Sequence record: SRR31156797_2820 | Reading direction: 5' to 3' (one strand) | Length of the DNA: 64,000 bases | Shown here: piece after piece, positions 10,668 to 19,677 of the stretch | Position numbering within the stretch: the stretch's first letter is position 1 | How the letters are laid out: each line of letters starts with the position of its first letter | The notes under the pieces: model-generated | What the model was told of the DNA's origin: nothing | Databases searched by the model: none | What the model saw: only the letters and a program-made list of their open reading frames with translations | Program-made: the position numbers and the translations under genes

Positions 10668-11366
10668 ATGAAAAAAATAGTATACATCACGCTGTTCCTG
10701 TTATTAGGAATTACAAGTGCCCATTCTCAAAAAATTGTTGAAAAAACTAGTAAGTTGTCAGCCGGTGAGCAAGTATCTCTGGAATTCAAATTTGCCGATG
10801 AAATATCTGTATCTACCTGGGATAAGAATCAAGTCTATGTGAAAGTTAAAGTTAATATCAACAACAACGAAGATAATGATTCCTTTCGCCTTAATTCAAG
10901 CACGTTTTCTCGTGGAATTGAAATTGAGTCCGAAATTGAAAACATGGAAGACTTGCACAAAACAAGCATTATCAGAAAAAGTAAAAACAAGGATGGTAAA
11001 ACCGAAACCATTACTACAAACTCCATTGACATGGAACTTTTCTTTGAGGTGAAGCTTCCAAGAAATGCAAAACTTTCTATCAATACTATAAATGGTAACA
11101 TTACAATTGAAGGTTTAAGAGATGAAATGGAAATTAAAACCATAAGTGGATTTATCGATTTGAGTTTACCTTCAAAACAACAGGCTGATTTGATTTTAAA
11201 CACCATTACGGGTGAAATGTATACCGATTTCGATTTAAACCTCAAAAATTCAGATGGTTTACATCAATACATCAAAGGCAAATTTTCAAAAACTTTAAAT
11301 GGTGGCGGTGAAGAAATATCGCTAAAAACCATTAGTGGTGATATCTTCCTTAGAAAGGAGAAATAA
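10668..11366 (+). CDS. DUF4097 family exported protein
   Basis: Signal peptide; TINGNITI, TISGFIDL, TITGEMYTDF, LNGGG.EISLKTISGDIFLRK repeats; paralogous to the preceding gene. Confidence 0.8.
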   Translation: MKKIVYITLFLLLGITSAHSQKIVEKTSKLSAGEQVSLEFKFADEISVSTWDKNQVYVKVKVNINNNEDNDSFRLNSSTFSRGIEIESEIENMEDLHKTSIIRKSKNKDGKTETITTNSIDMELFFEVKLPRNAKLSINTINGNITIEGLRDEMEIKTISGFIDLSLPSKQQADLILNTITGEMYTDFDLNLKNSDGLHQYIKGKFSKTLNGGGEEISLKTISGDIFLRKEK

Positions 11367-11421
11367 AATACACCCATTTTTTTGGCAGTAAGATAGCTTA
11401 TTGCCCTTTTCACACACATTG

Positions 11422-11458
11422 AACCTTTGAGGCGAATAGCTTCAAAGGTTTATTTTTT
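11422..11458 (+). terminator. Intrinsic terminator of the ECF operon
   Basis: aacctttgaggc-gaata-gcttcaaaggtt followed by tatttttt. Confidence 0.8.
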
Positions 11459-11605
11459 GCTTAGATATAATAGTATTTCTTCTTCACCAATTCTGGATCT
11501 TTACCAGATAATTGCTCTCCACACATCCTTTTATTTAATTATAATTCCTACCTTAATTGTATGTAGAGTTTTCGTAATTTTAGCTTCTTAAAGCAAAAAT
11601 TAAAT

Positions 11606-13408
11606 ATGAAACTCGACTTTTACTCCAAACGCATAAAGAATTTCCAGAATGAAGTTCTTCAATTGCAAAAAACAAATAAAACACTTTCTGCATTTCGCCT
11701 TTTAAGTGCAGTATCTTCCTTTGTTTTATTCTATGTTATTCTACCCTATTCCATGCTTTTGGCTAGCACAACTGCTCTGGCATTAATCACCTCTCTAATT
11801 TATTTTGTCAGACGATATGGACGAAACGATAAAAGAATTAAGAAATTAAAAAGATTAATTGAGATCAATGAAAATGAAATTTCATGCCTAAAAACCAGAC
11901 ACAGCAAATTATTTTACAATGGAGAAGAATATTTGGAAGCAAACCATGCCTATGCTTCAGATTTGGATGTTTTCGGAGCTCACTCCTTATTTCAATTGAT
12001 TAACCGATGCGTAAGTAAAATTGGGAATGATACTCTTGGAAAGTGGCTTAATCAACCAGCAGACAATAAAGAAATTGAATCAAGACAGAAAGCTGTTAAA
12101 GAGTTAAACAATAAAATTGACTGGAGACAGGATATCATTCAATATGGATTGTCTAAGAAGTTAAAGAATGATGATCCTGACTTCGTGAGTAATTGGGGAA
12201 AACAAGATTCTCCCTTTCATGGCAATAAAATTTTATTTGCCGGCATTAGTATACTACCTGTATTTTCCCTGGCTGCCTTAATCTATTCCTTTATTGGATC
12301 TACAATACCTATCCTGGTGCTTTTAATGGTGAGCATTACAATACATTACCGAAACTTTAGGAATGTAGGAAAAGCGCACAACAACACTTCCAAAAGAGCC
12401 GATATGCTTAAAACTTATGCTCAAATCATTCACAATTTCGAGAAAAATGACTGGAATTCGGAAAAACTATCGGCCTTAAAGAAAAGATTGGAAAGCAGAG
12501 ATCTAAGTGCCTCTAAAAAGATAAGAAGACTCTCAAAACTAATCGAACTTCTGGATCAACGATACAATATGCTGGTACAGATCATTTTTAATGCCCTTTT
12601 CTTCTACGAGCTACATTTATTGTACAGAATTGACAAATGGAAGGTATGCTATGGACATGAAATTGAAAACTGGTTTGATACTATTGGAGAAATTGAGGCT
12701 CTATCGAGTTTTGCCAACCTAAGTCACAATCATCCCGATTGGGCATTTGCCGAAGTGACTTCGGAACATTTTAATTTGGATATGAAAGATGCCGGACATC
12801 CAATGATAGATGAGAAAGTACGCGTGAGCAATGATTACCAATTGACTGGACCTGGTGTAATTCACATTGTTACCGGATCGAATATGGCTGGGAAAAGTAC
12901 ATTTCTAAGAACGATAGGCGTAAATGTGGTTTTGGCTCTTTCAGGAGCTCCTGTTTGTGCGAAATCTATGCTCTCTTCTAATGTTGAGGTGAATACTTCA
13001 ATGAGAATTAAGGATTCTATTGAAGAAAACGAATCTTCTTTTTACGCTGAATTAAAGAGAATACAGCAGGTTATCGAAAAAGTAAACAAACAGGAAAATA
13101 CACTCTTACTGTTGGATGAAATTTTAAGAGGAACCAATTCCAAAGACAAACACACCGGTTCTAAAGCCTTAATTAAACAATTGGTAAAGTACAATGCTGT
13201 TGGATTGGTAGCCACTCATGATTTGGAATTGTCTGTTTTAGAAGAGGAATTGCCTGGACAGGTAGAAAATAGATTCTTCGACATTAAAATTGATGGAGAA
13301 GAACTGTATTTCGATTATAAGGTTCAAAATGGTTTCTGTAAAACCTTTAACGCGCCTATATTAATGAAGAAAATGGGCATTGAAATGGAATTAATAAACA
13401 ATGAATAA
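11606..13408 (+). CDS. Membrane-anchored MutS domain V ATPase (MutS-related, not canonical MutS1)
   Basis: Walker A TGSNMAGKST, SFYAELKR, LLLDEILRGTNS, ATHDLEL; N-terminal TM helices; no mismatch-binding domain I. Confidence 0.88.
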   Translation: MKLDFYSKRIKNFQNEVLQLQKTNKTLSAFRLLSAVSSFVLFYVILPYSMLLASTTALALITSLIYFVRRYGRNDKRIKKLKRLIEINENEISCLKTRHSKLFYNGEEYLEANHAYASDLDVFGAHSLFQLINRCVSKIGNDTLGKWLNQPADNKEIESRQKAVKELNNKIDWRQDIIQYGLSKKLKNDDPDFVSNWGKQDSPFHGNKILFAGISILPVFSLAALIYSFIGSTIPILVLLMVSITIHYRNFRNVGKAHNNTSKRADMLKTYAQIIHNFEKNDWNSEKLSALKKRLESRDLSASKKIRRLSKLIELLDQRYNMLVQIIFNALFFYELHLLYRIDKWKVCYGHEIENWFDTIGEIEALSSFANLSHNHPDWAFAEVTSEHFNLDMKDAGHPMIDEKVRVSNDYQLTGPGVIHIVTGSNMAGKSTFLRTIGVNVVLALSGAPVCAKSMLSSNVEVNTSMRIKDSIEENESSFYAELKRIQQVIEKVNKQENTLLLLDEILRGTNSKDKHTGSKALIKQLVKYNAVGLVATHDLELSVLEEELPGQVENRFFDIKIDGEELYFDYKVQNGFCKTFNAPILMKKMGIEMELINNE

Positions 13409-13434
13409 TCAGCAATTAATCATGAACAATTCAC
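13393..13434. repeat. Degenerate heptamer tandem repeat (6 x 7 bp)
   Basis: aataaac aatgaat aatcagc aattaat catgaac aattcac. Confidence 0.55.
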
Positions 13435-13469
13435 AAAAAAAATCCGAACCAGTTTGGCTCGGATTTTTT
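13433..13469. terminator. Bidirectional terminator; copy 1 of a 37-bp direct repeat
   Basis: A8-tccgaacca-gtt-tggctcgga-T6 between convergent genes; near-identical to 18719-18755. Confidence 0.85.
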
Positions 13470-13515
13470 GTATTATCGCTAATGTGCTTTATTTATTTTC
13501 TACTTGCTAAAACAA

Positions 13516-15690
13516 CTAGTTTACGTAAAACTGAAAGTATTTGCACTCCTCAATAATTCTTTCATAAAACTCAGTGTCCTTATATTCCTCTTTTAATTTT
13601 AAGAATTCATCCCGATATCCCCTGTTCTGCATGTCTTCTTCCTTAATATCGCTTTTCCAATAATGGTTTTCCCTATTATCTGTTAAATACTTATTCTGAT
13701 TGGCTTTAGCTGCCAAATAGTAACATTTTGCCTTCATTTCCTTATCATCCGACATCTTTGCTGCCTTTAAGAAATTTTGATAAGCATCAGTACAATCAAA
13801 ACTGCCTGTGTAATAGCCTCCAGACCAATAGTACGCTTTAGCATTCCATGCATAACCAAAATAAGATGTATTGTATTGTGCATTACCCAACAAATAATAA
13901 TCCATGGCAGTTGCTCTTTCTTCTTTTATTGCTTTGTTTATTGCATAAAGTGTCTGTGCCAGCTTTAGCTTACTATATCCTACATTTTTAAGCAATTGGC
14001 TATCTCTATCGTTAATTAAATAATTAAACGGATTTGCGGACAGATAAAAAGTTTGGCTTCTTGCTTTGTATTCTTCACTCAGTTCTGATAAAACAGCTAC
14101 TGCCAAATTATTTTCATCGTCAGCAAGGTAAGATGTTCCAAGCATTTCCTTTAAATATTCAGAATTTGTATTAAAGTGATTTTTCAAAATATAACCAGCA
14201 AACCATGTCAACTCCTCTTGATGGTCCGCCAAATGGACCAAAGCTTTCAATTTTTCCGTATCCAGTTCGGTACGCAAGTCATACATTCTTTCATCTACAT
14301 TTAGCGGATATGGCAGTTTATTGGATGGATGACTCATGAAGAAATAAGCAAAATCTTTTACTTCCACATTCCAAGTCGCCTTCATTTCATTTTGTCGCTG
14401 AATAGGGCTTTTGCTTTTATCGGTTATTAGCAAAAGGTTCTCAATAATATCAAGCTGATTTTTAAAAGCCTCTGGCAAGTTTTTAGAAAGAAGAACCATC
14501 TGTTCTCTAACGCCATCAAAATCTTGCATTAAGAAGTTCGTATACAAATAACTTATCCTCCCAAAATCAACATTCTTAATTTGCTTTTCATCAATACATT
14601 TAGATAAAAATCGATTAAACTTTTGTAGATAATCACTTAACTCTTGATTGATGTTTGATTTGTTGAAATACAACTGATAAAAAACATTCTCCGCCTCTTT
14701 ATTCTGCAAATAAATTGATTCTATTTTATTAATTTCTCTGCAAATTAAAATGGGTAAATATTCCGATTTTGGATTAATCTGATACAAAGAATCAATATCG
14801 GCAAGAGCAACACTACCCAATTGCGAAGCTCTCATAAAGTACATGCTTTCTTTTTGTTTATCGGTATCACAAGCATTTAATAGCTCATGCCATTCCTCGT
14901 CGGTATCAATTTTAATGCTACAATAACTCGAAAACCTTTTACCAGGACTATTCAAAAATACCTCAATAAAATTTTTTCTACCTTCAGCTACCAAACCTTT
15001 TATAATCTGTACTCCTGCAATATGATCCAGGGTCCAATAATACATGATTGATTTTTTATTCTTTACCAGTTTGGTGTTCCAAAATGCAAGGCATTCATCA
15101 TATTTCCCGGCATGACGCATTAACTTCACCAATTGAAATCCTAATCTTTCTTTCAGGAATAAATTGGAACTGTTTTCAAACATTGCCTTTCCCTTTTCAA
15201 TTATCTGGTTATAAACGGTAAGATTTTTCTCCACTGGCTCCTCCCAATAATAAACGAATCGTGGATTACAATGTTGCTCGCACTCTTTTGCAAAAAGTAA
15301 ATAATCGAAAATTTTAATATCATTGGCAAGCACCCATTTTAATACTCTATTACCTGTTTGACTTGGATTGTTCTTCGCCTTTTTTAAATCATTCTCCGAA
15401 AGTTTGTAAATGAATTGTTTTAATTCTTCATCCTCAAAAGATACTGAAAAATAAGCTTTCCAAAGTTTTAAATTTTCTTCATGCTCATTCTGTTGCGGAT
15501 ACCAAACCGAAATATTAGACCACGGTTCATCATTATAAGTTATTGAGGCAAATTCCTCGCCTGCAATCATATATTTGGGCTTAAATAACCTAAAATAGGT
15601 TTCATATTCTTCCCAACCACCACAAGCTTTGGAAGGCAAACTAAAAATTATGCTAATTAATAACAGCATTAAAACTTTTAAAATCTTCAT
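13516..15690 (-). CDS. Exported alpha-helical (TPR-like) hypothetical protein, 724 aa
   Basis: Signal peptide ending SKA|CG; helical repeats such as YYLLGNAQYNTSYFG and AKCYYLAAKA; start overlaps the 3' end of the upstream lipoprotein gene. Confidence 0.7.
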   Translation of the reverse strand: MKILKVLMLLLISIIFSLPSKACGGWEEYETYFRLFKPKYMIAGEEFASITYNDEPWSNISVWYPQQNEHEENLKLWKAYFSVSFEDEELKQFIYKLSENDLKKAKNNPSQTGNRVLKWVLANDIKIFDYLLFAKECEQHCNPRFVYYWEEPVEKNLTVYNQIIEKGKAMFENSSNLFLKERLGFQLVKLMRHAGKYDECLAFWNTKLVKNKKSIMYYWTLDHIAGVQIIKGLVAEGRKNFIEVFLNSPGKRFSSYCSIKIDTDEEWHELLNACDTDKQKESMYFMRASQLGSVALADIDSLYQINPKSEYLPILICREINKIESIYLQNKEAENVFYQLYFNKSNINQELSDYLQKFNRFLSKCIDEKQIKNVDFGRISYLYTNFLMQDFDGVREQMVLLSKNLPEAFKNQLDIIENLLLITDKSKSPIQRQNEMKATWNVEVKDFAYFFMSHPSNKLPYPLNVDERMYDLRTELDTEKLKALVHLADHQEELTWFAGYILKNHFNTNSEYLKEMLGTSYLADDENNLAVAVLSELSEEYKARSQTFYLSANPFNYLINDRDSQLLKNVGYSKLKLAQTLYAINKAIKEERATAMDYYLLGNAQYNTSYFGYAWNAKAYYWSGGYYTGSFDCTDAYQNFLKAAKMSDDKEMKAKCYYLAAKANQNKYLTDNRENHYWKSDIKEEDMQNRGYRDEFLKLKEEYKDTEFYERIIEECKYFQFYVN

Positions 15691-16693
15691 CTGTATATAA
15701 TTGTTTTATGTTATTGAATAAGTGATAATATATTACTTTGTCAGGATTCAGATATTCATTGTTTCGAATCAGTTTTAATCCTTCTTCAATTTCCTTAGCA
15801 TCAATTCGATCCACTCTCAGCACATCGCCTTTGTACAAATACAAACCTTGCCAGTAGCCATTTTTATTAAACTTGTATTTATTAAGACTCAGTTTTGTAA
15901 ACTGATCTTTGGAATAGTTAAGAGATTCAATATCGGGATGATTTACGATTTTAACTGCTTTTCCAAACCGAAATACCAAAGCCCAACTAAAAGTTGGCAT
16001 AGCAATATCTAAATGCAAAGGATAAGGAGCTTTTACATTAAGATATTGCTTTAAAATGTCATTGCTATAGATAGCATTGCTTGCTTCACTATTTCCAAAA
16101 TCACCCATATTATAAACCATCAAACTCCCCTTATCAACTGGTGGAATACCTGTTTTTTCAGGATATTTAAACTGATGAAGACGAATAGTTGCAGAAATTA
16201 TACCAAACTGAGGCAGATATTTTTTTAGTTGCTTCAAATAGGCGAAGTAATGCATACGAGTATTGGGAGTCCAGTCACAATCGATTTGAATTTCATTGTC
16301 AAATGTTAGATTCTGAGATACTTCAATGGATTTGATACGAGTAGCGGTTCTATGAGCCAAAGAATCAACCATCACTAAATCGATATCCCTAAAACTTCTA
16401 TTCGTGATAAAAATACATGGTATAATAATTGTCTTTTCGGGCAATTTACTTTTCACATGTATGTTTGAGAGAAATGCAGGTGATTTGCTTTTATCCTTGT
16501 AATCTAAGTCGAAAATCCTTACATACAACTCATTTACATTTAAGTCCCGCAGAAGTTTATTTTCGTCTGCATGAAGATTAAGCGTTTGTTCCCAATGATA
16601 AAAAGAGCTTGTGAGTTTTTTTTTATTGCACCCCATTAAAAACAGCAATAATATAGCTGGTATTAAAACGCTCTTAAGCTTAAAACTGTACAT
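15653..16693 (-). CDS. Hypothetical lipoprotein, TIM-barrel-like (resembles DUF3142)
   Basis: Lipobox LMGC; motifs FYHW, LYVRIFD, EIQIDCDWT, SATIRLHQ, PPVDKGSLMVYNMG, YPLHLDIAMP. Confidence 0.6.
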   Translation of the reverse strand: MYSFKLKSVLIPAILLLFLMGCNKKKLTSSFYHWEQTLNLHADENKLLRDLNVNELYVRIFDLDYKDKSKSPAFLSNIHVKSKLPEKTIIIPCIFITNRSFRDIDLVMVDSLAHRTATRIKSIEVSQNLTFDNEIQIDCDWTPNTRMHYFAYLKQLKKYLPQFGIISATIRLHQFKYPEKTGIPPVDKGSLMVYNMGDFGNSEASNAIYSNDILKQYLNVKAPYPLHLDIAMPTFSWALVFRFGKAVKIVNHPDIESLNYSKDQFTKLSLNKYKFNKNGYWQGLYLYKGDVLRVDRIDAKEIEEGLKLIRNNEYLNPDKVIYYHLFNNIKQLYTDEDFKSFNAVIN

Positions 16694-16721
16694 TTTATTA
16701 TTCTTATTTTATTTTTTATCA

Positions 16722-16729
16722 CAAAGGTA
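16722..16729 (-). promoter_or_regulatory. Sigma-A -7 element for the lipoprotein/TPR gene pair
   Basis: TACCTTTG on the minus strand about 30 nt upstream of the ATG. Confidence 0.6.
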
Positions 16730-16821
16730 AAGTTATTGTTTATTTTATACATTCAATACTTACATAATTACTCCTATTTACTGGTTTTATTACATTAACA
16801 CTTTTTTTATCTGAAGGCTAC

Positions 16822-18658
16822 TTACTGAAAATCACTTTCAATTTTATGTTTTAATTCTTCTAAGCAAATTGAAATTTTGGGATACAATTTCTTATTTATA
16901 TCACCTCTCTCCTTATCGAACAACCAGGCATTAATTAAATCAAGTGTTGATTTTCCATTGTAATTCAACATCCTAAAATTAAGTCGACTGCTGTCTGATG
17001 TTAATATCTTTATACAATTATATGCGTCTTCTTTTGAGCGTGAACTTAGATATCTAAAATTTTGTATCATCTTCATTAATGGGGTATTGCCAGCCGAATT
17101 CTGACTGTTTATATTGGTGTTCGAATTACTTAGCAATGTTTTTACCAATACTGTTGCATAATCGTCAACCGCATAATGTAAGGCGGTTTCTCCAATATAG
17201 TCCTTTTGGTTTAGGTCCAAATCGACTTGTTGCATCAATTGCTTGGTTAATTCTGCTTTTAATAACAAATTCGATTGAATTTCTTCATCAGAATAGCCAT
17301 ATGGTCTACCCGTTGCATGACATAGCCAGCCCAGAGGCGATCTTGCCACTTGACCTTCGATAACATTAGGATCCGCATCATAATCGAAACAGAGTTTGAT
17401 ATTCTCTTTGTAAAAATCAAGGTCTTTTATAGTAGCATTAAAATCGATCCTGCAAATAAATTTCGATAACTCCTGAGAAGCTCCGTAATTGTACACTTCA
17501 GCGGATTTTAACTTGTTAATAATCGCTGTATTCTCGTTCTCTAACCAGTTTATTTTACTTGCATAATCAAAGGCAGTAAAATTTACATTATAAGCTATTC
17601 AATTGCAGATCGTCTCGTGTTAAAAACAATCTAATTAGTTCCATACCTCTCGCATTTATACTATTTACGCCAATATTTCCACTTATTAAATACTGCTGCA
17701 ATGGGTTATTGTTATAATAATAGTTTCGGATGTTTACATCGCACTTCCTATTGGTCAACAAGGTTTTTATCAATTCAATCGGATGCTCTACATATCTTTT
17801 ATTCTTTCCCATATAATGCATGTCTAACGCATAATGCAAGGCAGTATTTCCCTTGGCATCCTGAATATTAGGATTTGTACTATCCAACGAAAGAGCTTCT
17901 TGTAAAAGTGTTAACGTTTGTTTGTTGCTGATATCCTGCCACTGTTTACCTAAAAACAACCTATGCAAAGGAGTTTGACCCAATGTATCCTGACTATTCC
18001 AATAAGGAACAGTCCATCCATTATAGTTCTCTTTAACGCGAATAGTAAGTCGTTTATACTCTCCCTCGTCTACAATTCTATTGTTATTTCTATCGGAAAA
18101 TAGTAGTAAATAGAATTCGCCTACTTGTATTTCGGACATGGCAGTAAAATGCCCCATAAAGTTCAATGAATCAATTTCGAATTCCAACTTATGCAAATCA
18201 CCTGATAAAGCGATTGAATTTACCCTTTTGCTATCCTCATTTTGATAGTACAGATAGTGATGAGCATTAGAATTAAAGTGTAAAGATTCGTAGCCTCCAT
18301 TTTTCGTTGCGGCCAATCCTGTACCCGGTTTAAAAAAATCTAGTGAGTCGATTGTCATAACAGTTTTCATTTCAGGAATGTTAGATGTATCATAAAAAGC
18401 TGCAATGCGAGTAGCGTAAAATAGTTTGTTTTCAGAATCATAGCGTTTATTGTAAAAACGAAGAGTAAATTTACTTTTAGTTATTTGTATGGTGTCGCTA
18501 TTGGAATGTATTGGCACTTCAATACCGTTCTGAAAAACATATACTGTACTGCAATTATCGGAGTACTTACTCTCTGATATTTTTAATGTAGAACATGATT
18601 GCAGTTCGAATGCAATGAGAGCAAATGCAAATAATTGTAATGAGTATTTTATTTTCAT
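16822..18658 (-). pseudogene. Ankyrin-repeat lipoprotein split by a 1-nt frameshift (ORFs 17588..18700 and 16822..17496 are one gene)
   Basis: Both parts carry ankyrin motifs (GQTPLH, GNTALHYA, GETALHYAV, GNTPLM); the 91-nt gap is open in the downstream frame and reads NVNFTAFDYASKINWLENENTAIINKLKSAE, completing the repeat begun by LQLNSL; lipobox LQSC. Confidence 0.8.
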
Positions 18659-18718
18659 TCTTGAATTCTTCATTTTTAGTATACTTAAATTATTCGGCAA
18701 TCTTTATCTGCAATAGGA

Positions 18719-18755
18719 ACAAAAAAAATCCGAACCAAATTGGCTCAGATTTTTT
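18719..18755 (-). terminator. Terminator after lgt; copy 2 of the 37-bp direct repeat
   Basis: A8-tccgaacca-aat-tggctcaga-T6. Confidence 0.75.
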
Positions 18756-18776
18756 CAATGATCTCTTGATTGAGAT

Positions 18777-19577
18777 TTATGCTATTTTCTTCTTCAAATT
18801 GGTTATAACAAAATAAGCTCCCATCAATACAAACGGAATACTTAGCCATTGTCCCATATTTAAAGACATACCTTCTTCGAAAGCTTCCTGGTTTTCTTTG
18901 ATGAACTCGATAAAGAAACGAGCAGTGAAAATCAATACCAAAAAGGCACCGAAAATCATACCTGAACGTTGCTTCGCATCGGTTTTCCAATACATGAACA
19001 TCAATACACCAAAAGAAAATAAGTAGCAAATTGCTTCGTACAATTGTGCTGGATGACGTGGTGCATTCGGCTCAAAAATCGAAGCCCTTACGAATTGAAA
19101 TCCCCATGAAACATCCGTTCTAATACCTACGATCTCTGAATTCATTAAATTACCCAAGCGAATAAAACATCCTGCTAAAGCAACCGGAATTACAACGTAA
19201 TCTAGAATCCACAAGATTGATTTCTTGCTTACTTTTTTAGAATAGAACCACAAAGCTGCAATTATACCAATTGCCGCACCATGGGATGCCAATCCTCCGC
19301 GCCAAACTTTAATAATTTCGGCTGGATGCTGAGAATAGAATTCCCAACCATAAAAGAATACATGTCCTAAACGAGCACCAACAACTGTTGCAATCATAGT
19401 GTACAGGAACAATTTGTCAAGCCATTCCAACTTAATGCCATCTTTCTTGAACATCTTTTCTACAATGTAGTAGCCCAACAAAAAGCCAAGGGCGAAAAGC
19501 AATCCGTACCAACGGACAGAGAAAGAACCAATTGTAAAAATTTCAGGTTTTACATCCCAAAGGATTGATAGTAACAT
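18777..19577 (-). CDS. lgt: Prolipoprotein diacylglyceryl transferase
   Basis: VRWYGLLFA, VGARLGHVFFY, WRGGLASHG, IRLGNLMNSEIVG, RHPAQLYEA. Confidence 0.96.
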   Translation of the reverse strand: MLLSILWDVKPEIFTIGSFSVRWYGLLFALGFLLGYYIVEKMFKKDGIKLEWLDKLFLYTMIATVVGARLGHVFFYGWEFYSQHPAEIIKVWRGGLASHGAAIGIIAALWFYSKKVSKKSILWILDYVVIPVALAGCFIRLGNLMNSEIVGIRTDVSWGFQFVRASIFEPNAPRHPAQLYEAICYLFSFGVLMFMYWKTDAKQRSGMIFGAFLVLIFTARFFIEFIKENQEAFEEGMSLNMGQWLSIPFVLMGAYFVITNLKKKIA

Positions 19578-19613
19578 ATCTGTTATTTTTAAAGTTCGGT
19601 GAGTTAAAACTAA

Positions 19614-19644
19614 ATGGATTGCCCCGATTATCGGAACAATCCAT
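19614..19644 (-). other. Stem-loop between secA and lgt
   Basis: atggattg-cc-ccga-tta-tcgg-aa-caatccat. Confidence 0.5.
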
Positions 19645-19677
19645 GTGAAAATAATATTAATATTTTAAATAAGGAAA

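Noticed and set aside
8329-11366. ECF/anti-sigma/DUF4097 operon as novel
   Set aside because: A familiar envelope-stress-type arrangement in Bacteroidota; nothing unusual seen here
11606-13408. Canonical mismatch-repair mutS
   Set aside because: Only 600 aa, has TM helices and lacks the mismatch-recognition domain; gene symbol withheld
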